Origin: Azolla caroliniana
Taxonomy: Eukaryota; Plantae; Polypodiophyta
Length of the DNA stretch: 64,000 nt
Reading direction: 5' to 3'
Assembly (NCBI GenBank): GCA_043228905.1
Contig: JBHGNT010000020.1
Location: 3,286,001-3,350,000, forward strand
The first letter of the stretch is position 1, and every line of letters begins with the position of its first letter. The notes beneath the pieces are model-generated. The model saw only the letters and a program-made list of their open reading frames with translations, had not been told where the DNA came from and searched no databases. A program made the position numbers and the translations under genes. Shown here in pieces: positions 50,600-63,142 of this stretch.

Positions 50600-53500
50600 T
50601 GCAAAATTTAATATGCAGAAGCTAAGACTAAATCGGGTAGCCGGATAGTAACAGAATACAGACATGTTTAATAGAACCTTAAAAACACAGAAGAGACAGA
50701 GAGAGAGAGCAGAACAATAATTTTAATTCGAATAATAACCCTCTATACATACAATGTGCTCAATGAGAACTTTTATACAAGTCCTTAAAAAGGACTGAAA
50801 AGTACTTCAATGCCAATACCAGCGGCTGACACTGAATCCAAAAATATGCCTACTCAACCAGCCTACAGGTTATAATCCGATCCAGCTCTCCGACTTGGTT
50901 CCTAGTTCCGGATACCATCGGGACACCGATCCGGTTCTTCGTTCCGGACTCTGATCCTGCTTTGGCTTGTTTAGCCTATCTAGGTTTGGTTGAGCTTGTC
51001 TGCTCAACACTCCCCCTCAAGCTCAACTTGAGGTCAAATCGTAGTGTTAGTGTTAGTTGTAGTCAATCCTCTCCTCTAGCTCTTCCTAGCATCCTCCCGC
51101 GTGGCTCGTGCTCCTCGGCCAGTCCGGTTCAGCTTCCTGTGACGCATCCGGTTCCGTGCATTTCGACTTTCTCGGTCGGCTTGTCTGCTCAGATGGCGCT
51201 TTATTTTTGCGACTCTGGCGCATCTTGACCCGTTTGTTCCTTGTAAACAATTGCTTGCAGAAATGTTAGAGAAGCTGAGAAAACAGAAAATATGCAGAGA
51301 GTATGTGGGAGAGACAGAGAGAGCAGAACGTAAAAGTTATATTCAAAAAAACTAGTAAACACTCTGTACATACTCTGTGCTTAGTAGCACTATTTATACA
51401 AGTCTTACGCGGACTGACAGAAGTATTGTTTACTTCAATGCTCACACGAGCATCTGAGACTAACTCTGAGACTATAACTACTTAGTAATCTAACTTATTA
51501 CTAGGCTTCTGGTTACTGTTTGATCCGGCTAACCGGCTCTCTACTCACCGACTCTGTAGCTTGCCGACTCGGTTGCTCACCGGCATACCGATATGTCTCA
51601 CTTACCGGCCCAGGCTTTTCAGGCGATCTAACTTCAGTTGAGCTTGCCACTCAACATTCCCCCTCAAGCTCAACTCGAGGTCGGGTGGTAGTGTCATTCT
51701 TTGTGGCGGACAGTTCTTTCAACCGACTTCTCCTCGCGTCACTCCGCCTTCCTTGCGCTCCTCATCTGGCCAGGTCCCGTTTCTCGCGACCCCTTTGGTT
51801 CTGTGCGCCTCGACCTTCTCGGTCGGCATGTCTGCTCATCAAGCCCATCTCAGCTCCTTCGCTGCTATGACTCCAGCGCTTGCCGATCCGTCGGTTCCTC
51901 CGCGATGGCATTGACTTCCGCTGCGTCCGTGTCTCCTTGACCTTTGGTTGATCCGACTCATCTGGATCCAACCCTTGATGCGAATCGGCTGTCTCCGACT
52001 CGTTCCAGCTCTTGTCTGAATCGGTATCCTTTCGACTTCCGACATCAGGCCTTTCACCACATCGGACCACGTCCGGGTCTTGGCCTTCTTCGTGCTTCCC
52101 TCGGCTTCTTCAGCCAGTTCACCGAAATCGAATTCTTCATTCGACTCTGCATCATGGTCATTACCGCCGTAATGACCTCCGCACAGCATGCACTTGTCTT
52201 CCTGAGTGCACACTTCTTCTTCCTTCCGGTTGGCTCGGTCCTTCTTTACTCTGCCACCACAGCCGCTTGCTCCGACTTGTTCGGATGTGTCGACTTCCTT
52301 CGTCAGCTCAGCTTCTTTCTTCTTTTTGTCTCCCCTTCTTCTGGTTCTTCTCTTACCGATGGGTTCAACAGTTTCTTTGCCTTTGCCCGTTTCGGTAATG
52401 TCTCTGCCCTTGCTTCTCCCCCTCAAGTGCGGCACGTCAAGATGTTGAACACCAAACATGTCGGTAAAGTGCAGGCTTCCAACGATTTGTTGGAACTATT
52501 TCTCATTGCAGGCCGGTCCGGAGTTGGGATGGAGCTTTTGGTTCCAGTCCAAGGGTGTGGATCACCTCGATCCCGAGGAAGTAATGAAGGTCCCCCAGGT
52601 CCTTCCTCGCAAATGCGTCCGACAACTGGGACTTGATGCGGTCGATTTCAGAAAGGCCCAATCCGGTGATGACTAAATCATCAACATACAGCAGTATACA
52701 TACTGGACGATCTAAGCCTTTCCGGATGAACAATGAAGAGTCCGACTTGGAGGCCGCGAATCCCATCTTACACAACCAGTGTGTGATTTTCGCATTCCAA
52801 GCTCGGGGGGCTTGCTTCAAGCCGTAAAGTGACTTCTTTAGTCGACATACCACCGACTTGTTCATCTCTGATTGGAAACCAGGGGGGTTGGATCATATAG
52901 ACCCGTTCTTCAAGATCTCCTTGAAGGAAGGCATTCTTCACATCCATCTGGTGAAGATGCCACCCCCTTGCCGCAACAACCGCCAGCACCACATGAACCG
53001 TCTTCATCTTCGCGACAGGAGCGAAGGTCTCGTCGTAATCAATTCCGTGGGTCTGCGCATACCCCTTCGCCACTAACCGGGCCTTGTACCAGTAACTGAA
53101 CCGTCAGTGTTGTACTTTACCTTGTACACCCACTTGCATCCGATCGGTTTGCAGTGACGGGGAGGGTCAACCAGGTCCCATGTCTCGTTGGCATCCAGTG
53201 CCTGCATTTCTTCCTCCATAGCGGCACGCCAATTTGCATCCTTTGCCGCTTCTGCGTAGCTCTCCGGCTCACGCACTTCCGCCACCTTAGTCATGTATGC
53301 ATAGTGATGCGCCATGTACTCATTGTACCCGTACTGCTTGACGGGATCCTTCTTGCGGGTGGACCGGTGTAATTCACTGGTGCCCGTATTGAGGCCCTTC
53401 TTGGCCAGTCCGGACTTCGTTGCCAAAGATCCGCCTTTCTCCTTGCCGGAGTCGGATGCACACTGATCCGACTCATCGTTGCCGGTTTTGAATTCCGGCA

Positions 53501-56500
53501 TCTTCTTTTTCCCTTTCTCTTTGCGCGTGAACCGTCTCCTTGGTTCCTTGCGCGGGGAGAGCACGACAGAGTCTCCAGTACTCGCCGGTTCCTCATCGGA
53601 CTAGTCAGATTGACTCAATCTCTCGTTCGGTCCACTCAACCGAAACGATTCCGGACTCTCATCTTGAGTCCACGCTTCATCATCCTCTACCTGGGCCGGT
53701 TCTGGCTCACTAGCCTCATCCTCCGGCATCGGGACGGGATCGGAAGTCGGAGTCGGTAAGGAATACCATGATGTCGATTCATCGAACTCGACATCTCGGC
53801 TAACTCGGACTTGCTTTGTTTGGGGGTTATAACACTTATAACCCTTTTGCTCTTGAGCATAGCCGACGAGGATGCATTTTTCCGATTTTGCATCCAGCTT
53901 CCTCTGCTTCTCATCCGGCACATGCACATATGCAATGCTACCGAATATCCTAAGGTGTCTTAAGTTAGGCTTGCGCCCGAAATACAGCTCGTGAGCTGAC
54001 ACCTTGTCATCGATCCGGTTCTGGATGTAGACGGCCGTCCGGACCGCCTCCGCCCAGTAGAATTTGGGTTGGCTCTTCTCCTCCAGCATTGCCCTTGCCG
54101 CATCAATAAGCGACCGGTTCTTCCTTTCGGTGACACCATTCAGTTGCGGTGTGTATCTACAGCTATACTCGTGCCAAATTCCTTTTTGGTGCAGATAGTT
54201 GTTGAATTGGCTGGAAAAATATTCTTTTCCGCCATCCGACCGCAGGCATTTGATCTTCCTCTCCAATTCCTGTTCCACCATCTTCTGGAGGCTCCGGAAA
54301 CATTTGAAGATTTCACTCTTCTGCTCAATGAGGTAGATCCATGTGTGCCATGTATAGTCGTCGATGAAGGAGATGAAATATTGACTCCCGCCAAGACTAA
54401 CATTTTGTGTCGATCCCCACACATCCGAATGGATAAGGTCGAGCTTGTTACGGCTCCGGTTTCGTTCGGTGGGGAATGGAAGCCGGTGTTGCTTCCCGAG
54501 TTGGCAGGCTTCACATATTGGGCTCTCCGGCCGCTAAACTTCGGCAAACCGAAAACAACTTGTTTCGTTTGCAGGTCTTCAAGCCTCCGATAATTGACGT
54601 GGCCTATCCGCTTGTGCCACAGGTCGATGTCCGACTCGACCTTCTGTCCTTTTGCGAATAGAGCGATGCCGACGTCATTGGTGTTGAGGATAAACATCCT
54701 CCCGTCTCTGCGCCCTTGCGCAATAACTTCGCCCTCATCCTCAATGAAGCACTCAAGGTGCGTAAACCGCACCTGCATCCCCTGGTCAACAATCTGTCCG
54801 ACCGACACCAAGTTCTTCGTGATTGTCGGAACGTGTAACACGTTCATCAGCTTCCCCTTCTGTCCGACGTGGCTCAAAGGGACTTCTTCGACATGCACGA
54901 TTGGGTGAGGAGTGTCGTCCCCGGTTTCGACTATTCCGTGTACAGCATCCGGTTGTCAATGGGTGCGCTAGTTGACGCACTGGCGTGGTTGTCCTCTACA
55001 AGGAGCATCGACTATAAGTCGAAAAATGACGGCGTATTCTCCCTTGTACAAACCGTCGTCAGAAAGGCTTTGTACTTAGACGCCAGGCCCCCAAGACTGA
55101 CCTGTACCATCTCGTCTTCCTCTACGGTGAAGTTAATAGAGGCAAGCGAGTTATAGATCTCTTTGATCCGGGCCGTATAGTCAGCCACCGACAAGTCCCT
55201 CTGTAGGACATTGCTCAACTCTTGTTGGAGTTGCAGCTTTCGGGCTGTAGTGCTTGCAGCAAAAACCTTCTTCAGGATTTGGCTCAACAGCTGATCCCCG
55301 ACACTGGACGCAAAGCAGTACATCACTCTGCTTGCCGATTGTTCCCACGCTGGGAAGTCCTCATGTGTCATATTAGGTGTTGTTTCGTTCGTTCCTTCCA
55401 CGAAACTCCAATACCCATGCCCCAGTAGGTACTGATGCATTTTGTACGACCAGGACGCATAGTTGCTCCGATCGAGTTTCTCTGTGGGAAGTGAACTTGC
55501 CATACCTCTGTCCATAACCGCTTCAGTGTCTGTTCTTGCGACCTGTTGGGTTTTGCTTCTCAAGGCGAATGTCTGCAGTAGAGGTTCTCAACCCTCGCGC
55601 TCTGATACCATGTAAACGATTGCTTGCGTAAACGTTAGAGAAGTTGAGAAAACAAAAAATATGCAGAGAGTACGCGGGAGAGACAGAGAGAGCAGAACGT
55701 AAAAGTTATATTCAAAATAATAGTAAACACTTTGTACATACTTTGTGCTCAGTAGCACTATTTATACAAGTCCTACGCGGACTAACGGAAGTACTGTGTA
55801 CATCAATGCTCACACGAGCATCTTACACTAACTTTGAGACTATAACTACCTAGTAATCTAACTTATTTCTAGGCTTCCGGTTACTGCTGGATCCGGCTAA
55901 CCAGCTCTATGCTCACCGACTCTGTAGCTTGTCGGCTCGTTTGCTCACCGGCATACCGATCTGTCTCACTTACCGGCTCAAGCTTTTCAGCCGATCCGGC
56001 TCCAGTTGAGCTTGCCGCTCAACATTCCTCTGTGTCGGTGTCAGCTTCTGCTACCTTCTTGTCCCTTTGGCCTTCAATTGATCCGTCTCCTCTGAATCAA
56101 GCACTCTTCCGAAACGGGTGACTCCGATTCGTTCAGGCTCTTTTCCGAATTGGCTGTCACCAATTCTTCTTTGGTCTTCAGACCCTGCACGACATCGGAC
56201 CACGCCCATCTGTTCGCCTTCTAGGCCTTCTTGGCTTTACCGCCCATATTTTCGGTTGGCTCTGGCTTGGGCTATCCGTTCCGGTGGCTCCCCTTACATC
56301 CAGTCTTGGCTTCTTCAGTCGACCTGCGCACTCTGACTTCTTCAATCGAGCCAGAGTCGAAATCTGTTTTTGACTCGGCTTTTTGGTCGTATTTTTCATT
56401 CCTCCCCCTCAAGTTTGGCATATCGAGGTATCGCACACCCAATGAACCAGAAAATTGCCGCAACTTGTCTAAGCCAAGGGGTTTGGTAAAGATATTAGCA

Positions 56501-56710
56501 ACCAGCCAATCCATCGGAACATCCAGCAATTCCACTTCACCGGAGACAATGTACTCTCACACAAAATTATAATGCACCTCGATGTACTTAGGAAGGGCGT
56601 GAAAGACGGAGTTCTTTGCTAACTGGATGCTACTGAGGTTGTCGTAGTAGATCGTCGTCAGATCAGACACCTTCACTCGTAGATCTTTCAGGAGCCTCTT
56701 GAGCCATAAC
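50600..56710 (-). mobile_element. Copia D 3' end, unit 4 (LTR 50600-51009), split by a nested Copia
   Basis: Paralog of 44290-45622; resumes at 56030. Confidence 0.85.
51242..56024 (-). mobile_element. Nested Copia (D-related) with both LTRs, PBS, PPT and TSD; internal deletions in gag/PR and RT/RH
   Basis: 5' LTR 55611-56024, 3' LTR 51242-51656. PBS TGGTATCAGAGC 55599-55610. TSD TTCCT (51237-51241, 56025-56029). Empty site in unit 3 at ~44925. gag, integrase and RT ORFs. Confidence 0.95.
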
Positions 56711-57046
56711 AATCCAATGGGATTAAGTATCTTAGTGAAAGTTGAAAGACTGTGAGATGAGAAAAATATGTGAAGCATGGCAATATGGAAAGCAAATCAG
56801 GTTACCTTTCCCTCATGAAAGACATGTAAGCAAAAATTTGTTGGATTTGGTACATACAGATGTATGGGGACCAACAAAAAATGTCTCAATTGGTGGTTGC
56901 GGGTTCTATGTAACTTTTATTGATGATTGCTCAAGGAAAACATGGGTTTACTTCATCAAAGAGAAAAGTGAAGTATTTGATTGCCTTCGTAAGTTTAAAT
57001 GCATGGTCGAAAAGCAAGCTGGAAGTAGGATATAATGCTTTAGATC
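56711..57046 (+). mobile_element. Copia B integrase fragment, unit 4
   Basis: CEAWQYGKQ..DLVHTDVWGP..FIDDCSRKTWVY; interrupted at 57047. Confidence 0.88.
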
Positions 57047-57104
57047 TGTAAAGAATCAAGAGATGGATTCTTGTGAAGCGGAAGAGATGTGAGTTATGTG
57101 TGTG

Positions 57105-57150
<46 letters not shown>

Positions 57151-60100
57151 ACATAGAGAATACTCAAGGTAAAAAGTATATTGACAAAGGAGAAAGACTC
57201 AACATTTTACAAGGTGGGAGGAGGGTGCTTTATGTAGTCACCCTCGCTCTTCATTAACTACAAGACTCATGGAGCATGGGGAATGTGAAAGCTCATAAGT
57301 TATGTGTCATAGAATATGATTCTATGACTCATACAAGTTATGTGTCATAGAATATGATTCTATGACTCATACTAAATGCTAGAATACAAAGTGGTGACAT
57401 AATGGTGACTCTTGACCATTGGAGTGTCTCTTCACTCTCAAGCTGAGTTCACACACTAGACCAAGTTGGGCTTGATTCTCAACACGCCCCCTCAAGCTCA
57501 AGTCGGGTCAGTTTCAGACGGTATCCGAAATCCACTTCAACTCGCGTTCTGGAGTCCGCGTCGACTCGTGTCGACTCGCATTTATGCGGAGTTGCGGAAT
57601 CCGTGCTCCAGCTTGCGTTGTAGTTCCAAAGTCTATGCTTCAGCTTGCGTGCTTAGTTGCGAAGTCTGTGCTTCGGCTTGCGTCTTTATTCGCGGCTTTG
57701 TTGCGTGGTTGTGGAATCCACACGTTATTGCGTAGTGTCTTCAGTACTCGCCCTCAAGCTTGGCAGGTCAGGGATCATCAATCCGAGATTGGTCATGAAT
57801 TGCCATAGCTTGTCGGCTCCTAAGGTTTTAGTGAAGATGTCAGTCGTTTGAAGATTGGTGCTAATGTGTTGTAGGTTGACATCGCCAGCTAGAACGTGCT
57901 CTCAAATGAAGTGATGGTGCACTTCGATGTGCTTTGTCCGCGCGTGGAACACCGGGTTCCGAGCCAGATAAATATTGCTCATGTTGTCGCAGTAAAGGGG
58001 AGTCAGATCCTTGATGGGAACGCCCAAATCCTTCAAAATCCTCTTAAGACATACTGCTTCACATACAGCTACGGCCGCGCCCCTGTATTCTGCCTCCGTA
58101 CTTGAAAGAGCAACGGTAGGCTGCTTCTTGGTACTCCAGGATATTGCTCCGCTGCCGAGGGAGAAAACAAATCCAGAGGTTGATCTTCTATCAGCTTTGT
58201 AGCCGGCCCAATCGGCATCTGTGTACCCCTCGAGTCGTATTGGCTCACACGCTTTGGTGCCGGAGTTCGCATCCAGTTTGAGATTGCGATCGAGCGGGGT
58301 TGCCACGGATTTGCACTCAGCCATACCGAACTTGTATAACAAGTTGAGGATGTAGTGCCGTTGAGAGATTATCATTCCGGCCGAAGTCCGAATTACCTCG
58401 ATGCTGAGGAAGTAGTGGAGCTCCTTCATGTCCGTCATCTCGAACTTGTCGGAAAGGAGGGATTTGACTTTACTGATTTCGACGAGATGCTCGCCTCCAA
58501 TGACTAGGTCATCCACATATAAGATGATGACGATCGGACTTGCGGAATCTCTTCGTATGTAGAGGCAATTGTCCGATTTTGACATACGGAAGCCGATTTG
58601 ATGAAGATATTGCATTATCGTCGAATGCGAAGCACGCGGTGCTTGCTTGAGGCCGTAGAGTGGCTTCTTGAGTTGGCAAATAGCTTTCGGATAGGTGCTC
58701 GAGTTGAAGCCGGGTGGTTGGATCATGTACACCTCCTCTTCTAATTCTCCTTGTAGAAAGGCGTTCTTGACGTCCATTTGATGGAGGTGCCACCCTTTCG
58801 CCGCGGCAATCGCAATTACAGTCCGCACCGTCGTCATCTTTGCCACTAGGGCAAAGGTCTCTTCGTAGTTGACACCATGCGTCTGAGCGTACCCTTTCGC
58901 TACGAGTCGAGCTTTATAGCGGTTTACGGAGCCATCGGCGTTATACTTCACCTTGTAGATCCATCTGCATCCGATCGCCTTTTTGTGTGGTGAGGTGGGA
59001 ACGAGATCCCACATCTCGTTCTTCCGTAGTGACAGGAACTACACACTCCCGATGAACAACGCTCGCCCACAACCGAGCCTAGAAAAAAACACAGAAAACA
59101 GGGAATGAAAGAACAACGCGATAGAGAGAAAAGTACACAAGATGTTTACGTAGTAAACCCAAACTCGGGAAAAACCACGGCAGCCCACATACCGCAAACT
59201 ATCACTATATCAGAATGTACAATAAGAAAGCACCGAGGCCACGACCTCGAAGTTGCTATCTTCGCCACAGGCGGCGGTTACAATCAGAGGCAACGACCTC
59301 TTCCTCTCTCTCACTCTCTCTGTACACAGTTGCGCGCTCTAATCTTACACCAACAAGAATGAGAACAACACACTCAAAAGTTTGCCCTAAGTCATATTTA
59401 TACTAATATGACTTCTCGGCTATTTACAAATATAGCCACGATGGACTCTCAGAAACATATTTATGAATATGTCTCTTCATCCGGTGAGCGCTCCTCACCG
59501 GGCCTGCATCATCCGGCGCTTGCCGGGTACTCGTCATCTGGTTCTCACCGGGTCTACACCATCCGGCTCTCCGTAGCCGGGTACTCGTCATCCGGTTCTC
59601 CGTAGCCGGGTCTGCACCATCCGGCTCATGCCAGGTACTCTACATCCGGTTTGAACATCAGTACTGTTCTTCTCACTTCCCATCCGGAGGGACCTGTTTC
59701 CTAACACCTACTACCTGCATCTCCTCGTTCATTGCTTCGATCCATCGCGGGTCCTTCGCGGCTTCTGAAAAGGTTTCCGTCTCCCGTACTGTCGCTTCCT
59801 TCATCATAAAGGTGTAATGGTACGCCATATAATCGTTGTAGCCGAATCAGCTTACAGGGTTCTTTTCACGGGTGGATCGGCGGAGCTTTTCATTTGTAGA
59901 GATGAGGGCTTTCTTAGCTCCGATTGGTACCTCGAAACCGCCGAACTCACTATCGAGTGAGTGAGTCGACTCATCGTCGTTGAAGCGATCGTCTTCGTAT
60001 TCCGACATTTTCGCCTTGCCTTTGTCCATCTTCGGGCTAGGCCTAGACATGCTTTGACCTCTAAACGGCTCTTGAGGTCCGCTCAATCGGGTCGTGATCG

Positions 60101-60550
60101 GACTTTCTTCGATCATGCGCGTAGGACGATCTTCATCCTCGATCTCTTGGTCGGCAGATTCCGGATCGAGCGGAGGCGGAGTCAGAGTTGTCTCTGGTGC
60201 GTACCAGGATGCGGACTCGTAAAAAACAACGTCTCGAATTACCCGATATTTTCGAGTTGAAGGGTTGTAGCACTTGTACCCCTTTTGTTCCAATGAGTAC
60301 CCTACGAGGATACATTTCTCCGACTTTGGGTCAAGCTTTTGACGCTTCTCGTCGGGGATGTGCACATATGCTATCGCTCTGAATATGCGGATGTGAGATA
60401 AGTCCGGCTTCTTTCCGAAGTATTTTTCGTGCGGAGTGACCTCGTGCACGCCGGATGTTGTGCACCGGTTCATTAGGTAGACGGCTGTATTTGCAGCTTC
60501 GGCCCAATATGACTTGGGCATATGCTTCTCGTTCATCATGGCCGGCGCTA
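57047..60550 (-). mobile_element. Copia family F (3' LTR 57047-57484, PPT, RNase H, RT, integrase C-part)
   Basis: ORF 57902-59014 ([32 protein letters not shown]); ORF 59847-60584 integrase. LTR TG...CA containing (AG)n at 57110-57146. Confidence 0.92.
59030..59706 (-). mobile_element. Solo LTR of Copia family E inserted into Copia F
   Basis: TG...CA; removal restores EEMQVLRKNEMWDLV. Degenerate TSD CGTAG/CCTAC. Confidence 0.82.
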
Positions 60551-62349
60551 CTTTGAGTTTGCTCATCAGTATTGTTCTTCTCACTTCCCATCCGGAGGGA
60601 CCTGTTTCCTAACAAACTCCCCCTTCACTCCGGCATGGGATGTCTTACTAGTCCGACTCGCTTCCGGCATGCATCCAGCTTGTCGGGTATCAGTACTTTG
60701 GTCAGCATATCTGACCCGTTCTCGGCCGTGTGGATCTTCGTCAGCGCGAACTCCTGGTCATCTACTCTTTCCTGGATCCAGTGATACCTTCGCTGGATAT
60801 GCTTCATCCGGGAATGGTAGGCCGCATTCTTAGCAAGGTGGATGGCACTTTGACTGTCACAATAGAGCCGGTATTCATCTTGCCGGATACCGAGCTCTCC
60901 GATGAAGTCCTTCATCCATAATATTTCCTTGCCGGCTTCCACAACCGCCATGTACTCCGCCTCGACTGCCACGAAATAGCTCCCCCTGCATATGTCATTA
61001 CATACCCGGATGTAGACCTGTTGGTATCCACATCAGCCGACATGACCGAATCGGTGAAACCGTCAAGTTGAGGTTTTCCAGAGCCGAATCGAAGACACAT
61101 ATTCGAAGTGCCCGTCAAGTACCGGAGTATCCATTTGACCGCGTTCTAGTGCTCCTTGCCGAGATTGCTCATAAACTGGCTCACCACTCCGACTGCGTAT
61201 CCTATATCCGATCGGGTACACACCATTGTGTACATTAAGCTCCCGACGGCAGAGGCATATGGAACCTTCATCATATTAGCCTTCTATGCTTTCGTCTTCG
61301 GGCTTTGCTTACTGGATAACCTGCAGTTTGCCGGAAGTGTCGATCCGACCAGTTTCGCTTCTAACATGTTGAACCGCTGAAGCACCTTTGTCACGTATTT
61401 CTCCTGTGACAGCCATAGTTGCTTCATTGGCCGGTTCCGGATGATATGCATCCCCAACATCTGTCTTGTCAGACCCAAGTCTTTCATCGCGAAGGTTCGG
61501 TTGAGAGCCTTCTTCAACATCCGTATTTTGGCTTGGTTCCGTCTGACGATCAACATGTCATCCACGTACAGGAGGAGTATTAGGAAGTCGCCTCCTTCAA
61601 ACTTCTTCACAAACACGCAGTGATCGGCCTGCATCTTGTGGTACCCTTGATCGGTCATGAAGGGGTCGAACTTCCGATACCATTGTCGGGGAGCCTGCTT
61701 CAGTCCGTACAGGCTCTTCTTCAACCAGCATACTAGGTGCTCCTTCCCCTTCTCCACGAATCCTTCTGGTTGCTACATGTAGATCTCCTCTTAGAGGTCA
61801 CCGTGAAGGAATGTCGTCTTCACGTCTAGCTGCTCTACCTCGAGTTCCATGCTTGCCGCTATACTCAACACCGTCCGGATGGAGGTTATCTTTACTACCG
61901 AGGCAAATATCTCGTCGAAGTCCACACCCTTCTTCTGCTGGAACCCCTTCACCACGATCCTGGCTTTGTATCTCGGGGGGTTGTCGGCATCTCTCGGTTT
62001 CAACTTGTACACCCACTTGTTTCGGAGTGCCCGCTTTCCTTTCGGCAACTCCACCAATTCGTACGTATGGTTCTCATGCAGGGAATCCATTTCATCCTGC
62101 ATGGCACTTAACCATTTTCGGCTGTGGGTGTCATCCTTCGCTTCTTCGAAGCTTTCTATCTCCCCCTCATCGGTTAGCAGCACATGCTTTGCATCCGGAA
62201 ATCTCCGTGGGGCCCTTCTCTCTCTAAGAGGATATCTCCGTCTCTCTGCTTCAGTAACCGACTCCTCCATTTGCTCTTCATCCGAATCTGATTCGGGGTC
62301 TAGGCTGGTTCCTGTTTCAGGTTCCTCTACTTCTTCTTCTGCCGGTTCG

Positions 62350-63142
62350 TGTTGGGAGACAGGTCCCTCCGGATGGGAAGGGAGAAGAACAGTGCTGATG
62401 GGAAACCGGATGACGAGTACCCAGTTACGGAGAGCCGGATGGTGCAGACCTGGTGAGAACCGGATGAGGAGTACCCGGCTTCGGAGAGCCGGATGGTACA
62501 GACCCGGTGAGAACTGGATGAGGAGTACCCGGCTACGGAGAGCCGGATGGTGCAGACCTGGTGAGAACCGGATGAGGAGTACCCGGCTATGGAGAGCCGG
62601 ACGGTGCAGACCCGGTGAGAACCGGATGAGGAGTACCCGGCTACGGAGAGCCGGATGGTGCAGACCCGGTGAGGAGTGCTCCCCGAATGAAGAGACATAT
62701 TCGTAAATATGTTTCTGAGAGTCCATCATGGCTATATTTGTAAATAGCCGAAAAGTCATATTAGTATAAATATGACTTAGGGCAAACTTTTAGAGAGGTC
62801 GTTATTCTTGTTGGTGCAAGAAGAGAGAGAGTGTGTAACCGTGTACAGAGAGAGAGAGAGAGAAAGAAAGAGGTCGTTCCCTCTGTTGTAACCGCCGCTA
62901 GTGGCGAAGATCGTGAGCACAAGGTCGTTGCCTCCGTGAACTCACTGTTGTACATTCTAACATAGTGATAGTTTGCAGCCTGTGGGCTGCCGTGGTTTTT
63001 TCCTTAGTTTGGGGTTTTCCACGTAAACATCCTGTGTACTCTTCTCTTCTTTGTGTCGTGCATTTATTTCCCGTTTTCTGCGTATGATTCTAAGCTCGGT
63101 TGTGGCCGAGCGTTGCGTATAGGGAGCGTGCAGCTCTTGATA
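62350..63142 (+). mobile_element. Solo LTR of family E inserted antisense into its own family's INT-RT linker
   Basis: Starts TGTTGGGAGACAGG; reverse complement of the 59030-59706 LTR. TSD GTTCG/ATTCG (62345-62349, 63143-63147). Removal restores GEDTEPAEEE. Confidence 0.88.
62404..62673 (+). repeat. Five 54-bp tandem repeats in the LTR U3 region
   Basis: Unit AACCGGATGAGGAGTACCCGGCTACGGAGAGCCGGATGGTGCAGACCCGGTGAG at 62404, 62458, 62512, 62566, 62620. Confidence 0.95.

Noticed and set aside
62404-62673. CRISPR-like array
   Set aside because: The repeats are contiguous with no unique spacers, lie within a Copia LTR, and the context is eukaryotic with no cas genes.
61791-62759. 322-aa and 285-aa ORFs with 18-aa repeats as novel proteins
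   Set aside because: Chimeras of the antisense solo LTR (stop-free 54-bp repeat) and the Copia RT frame.
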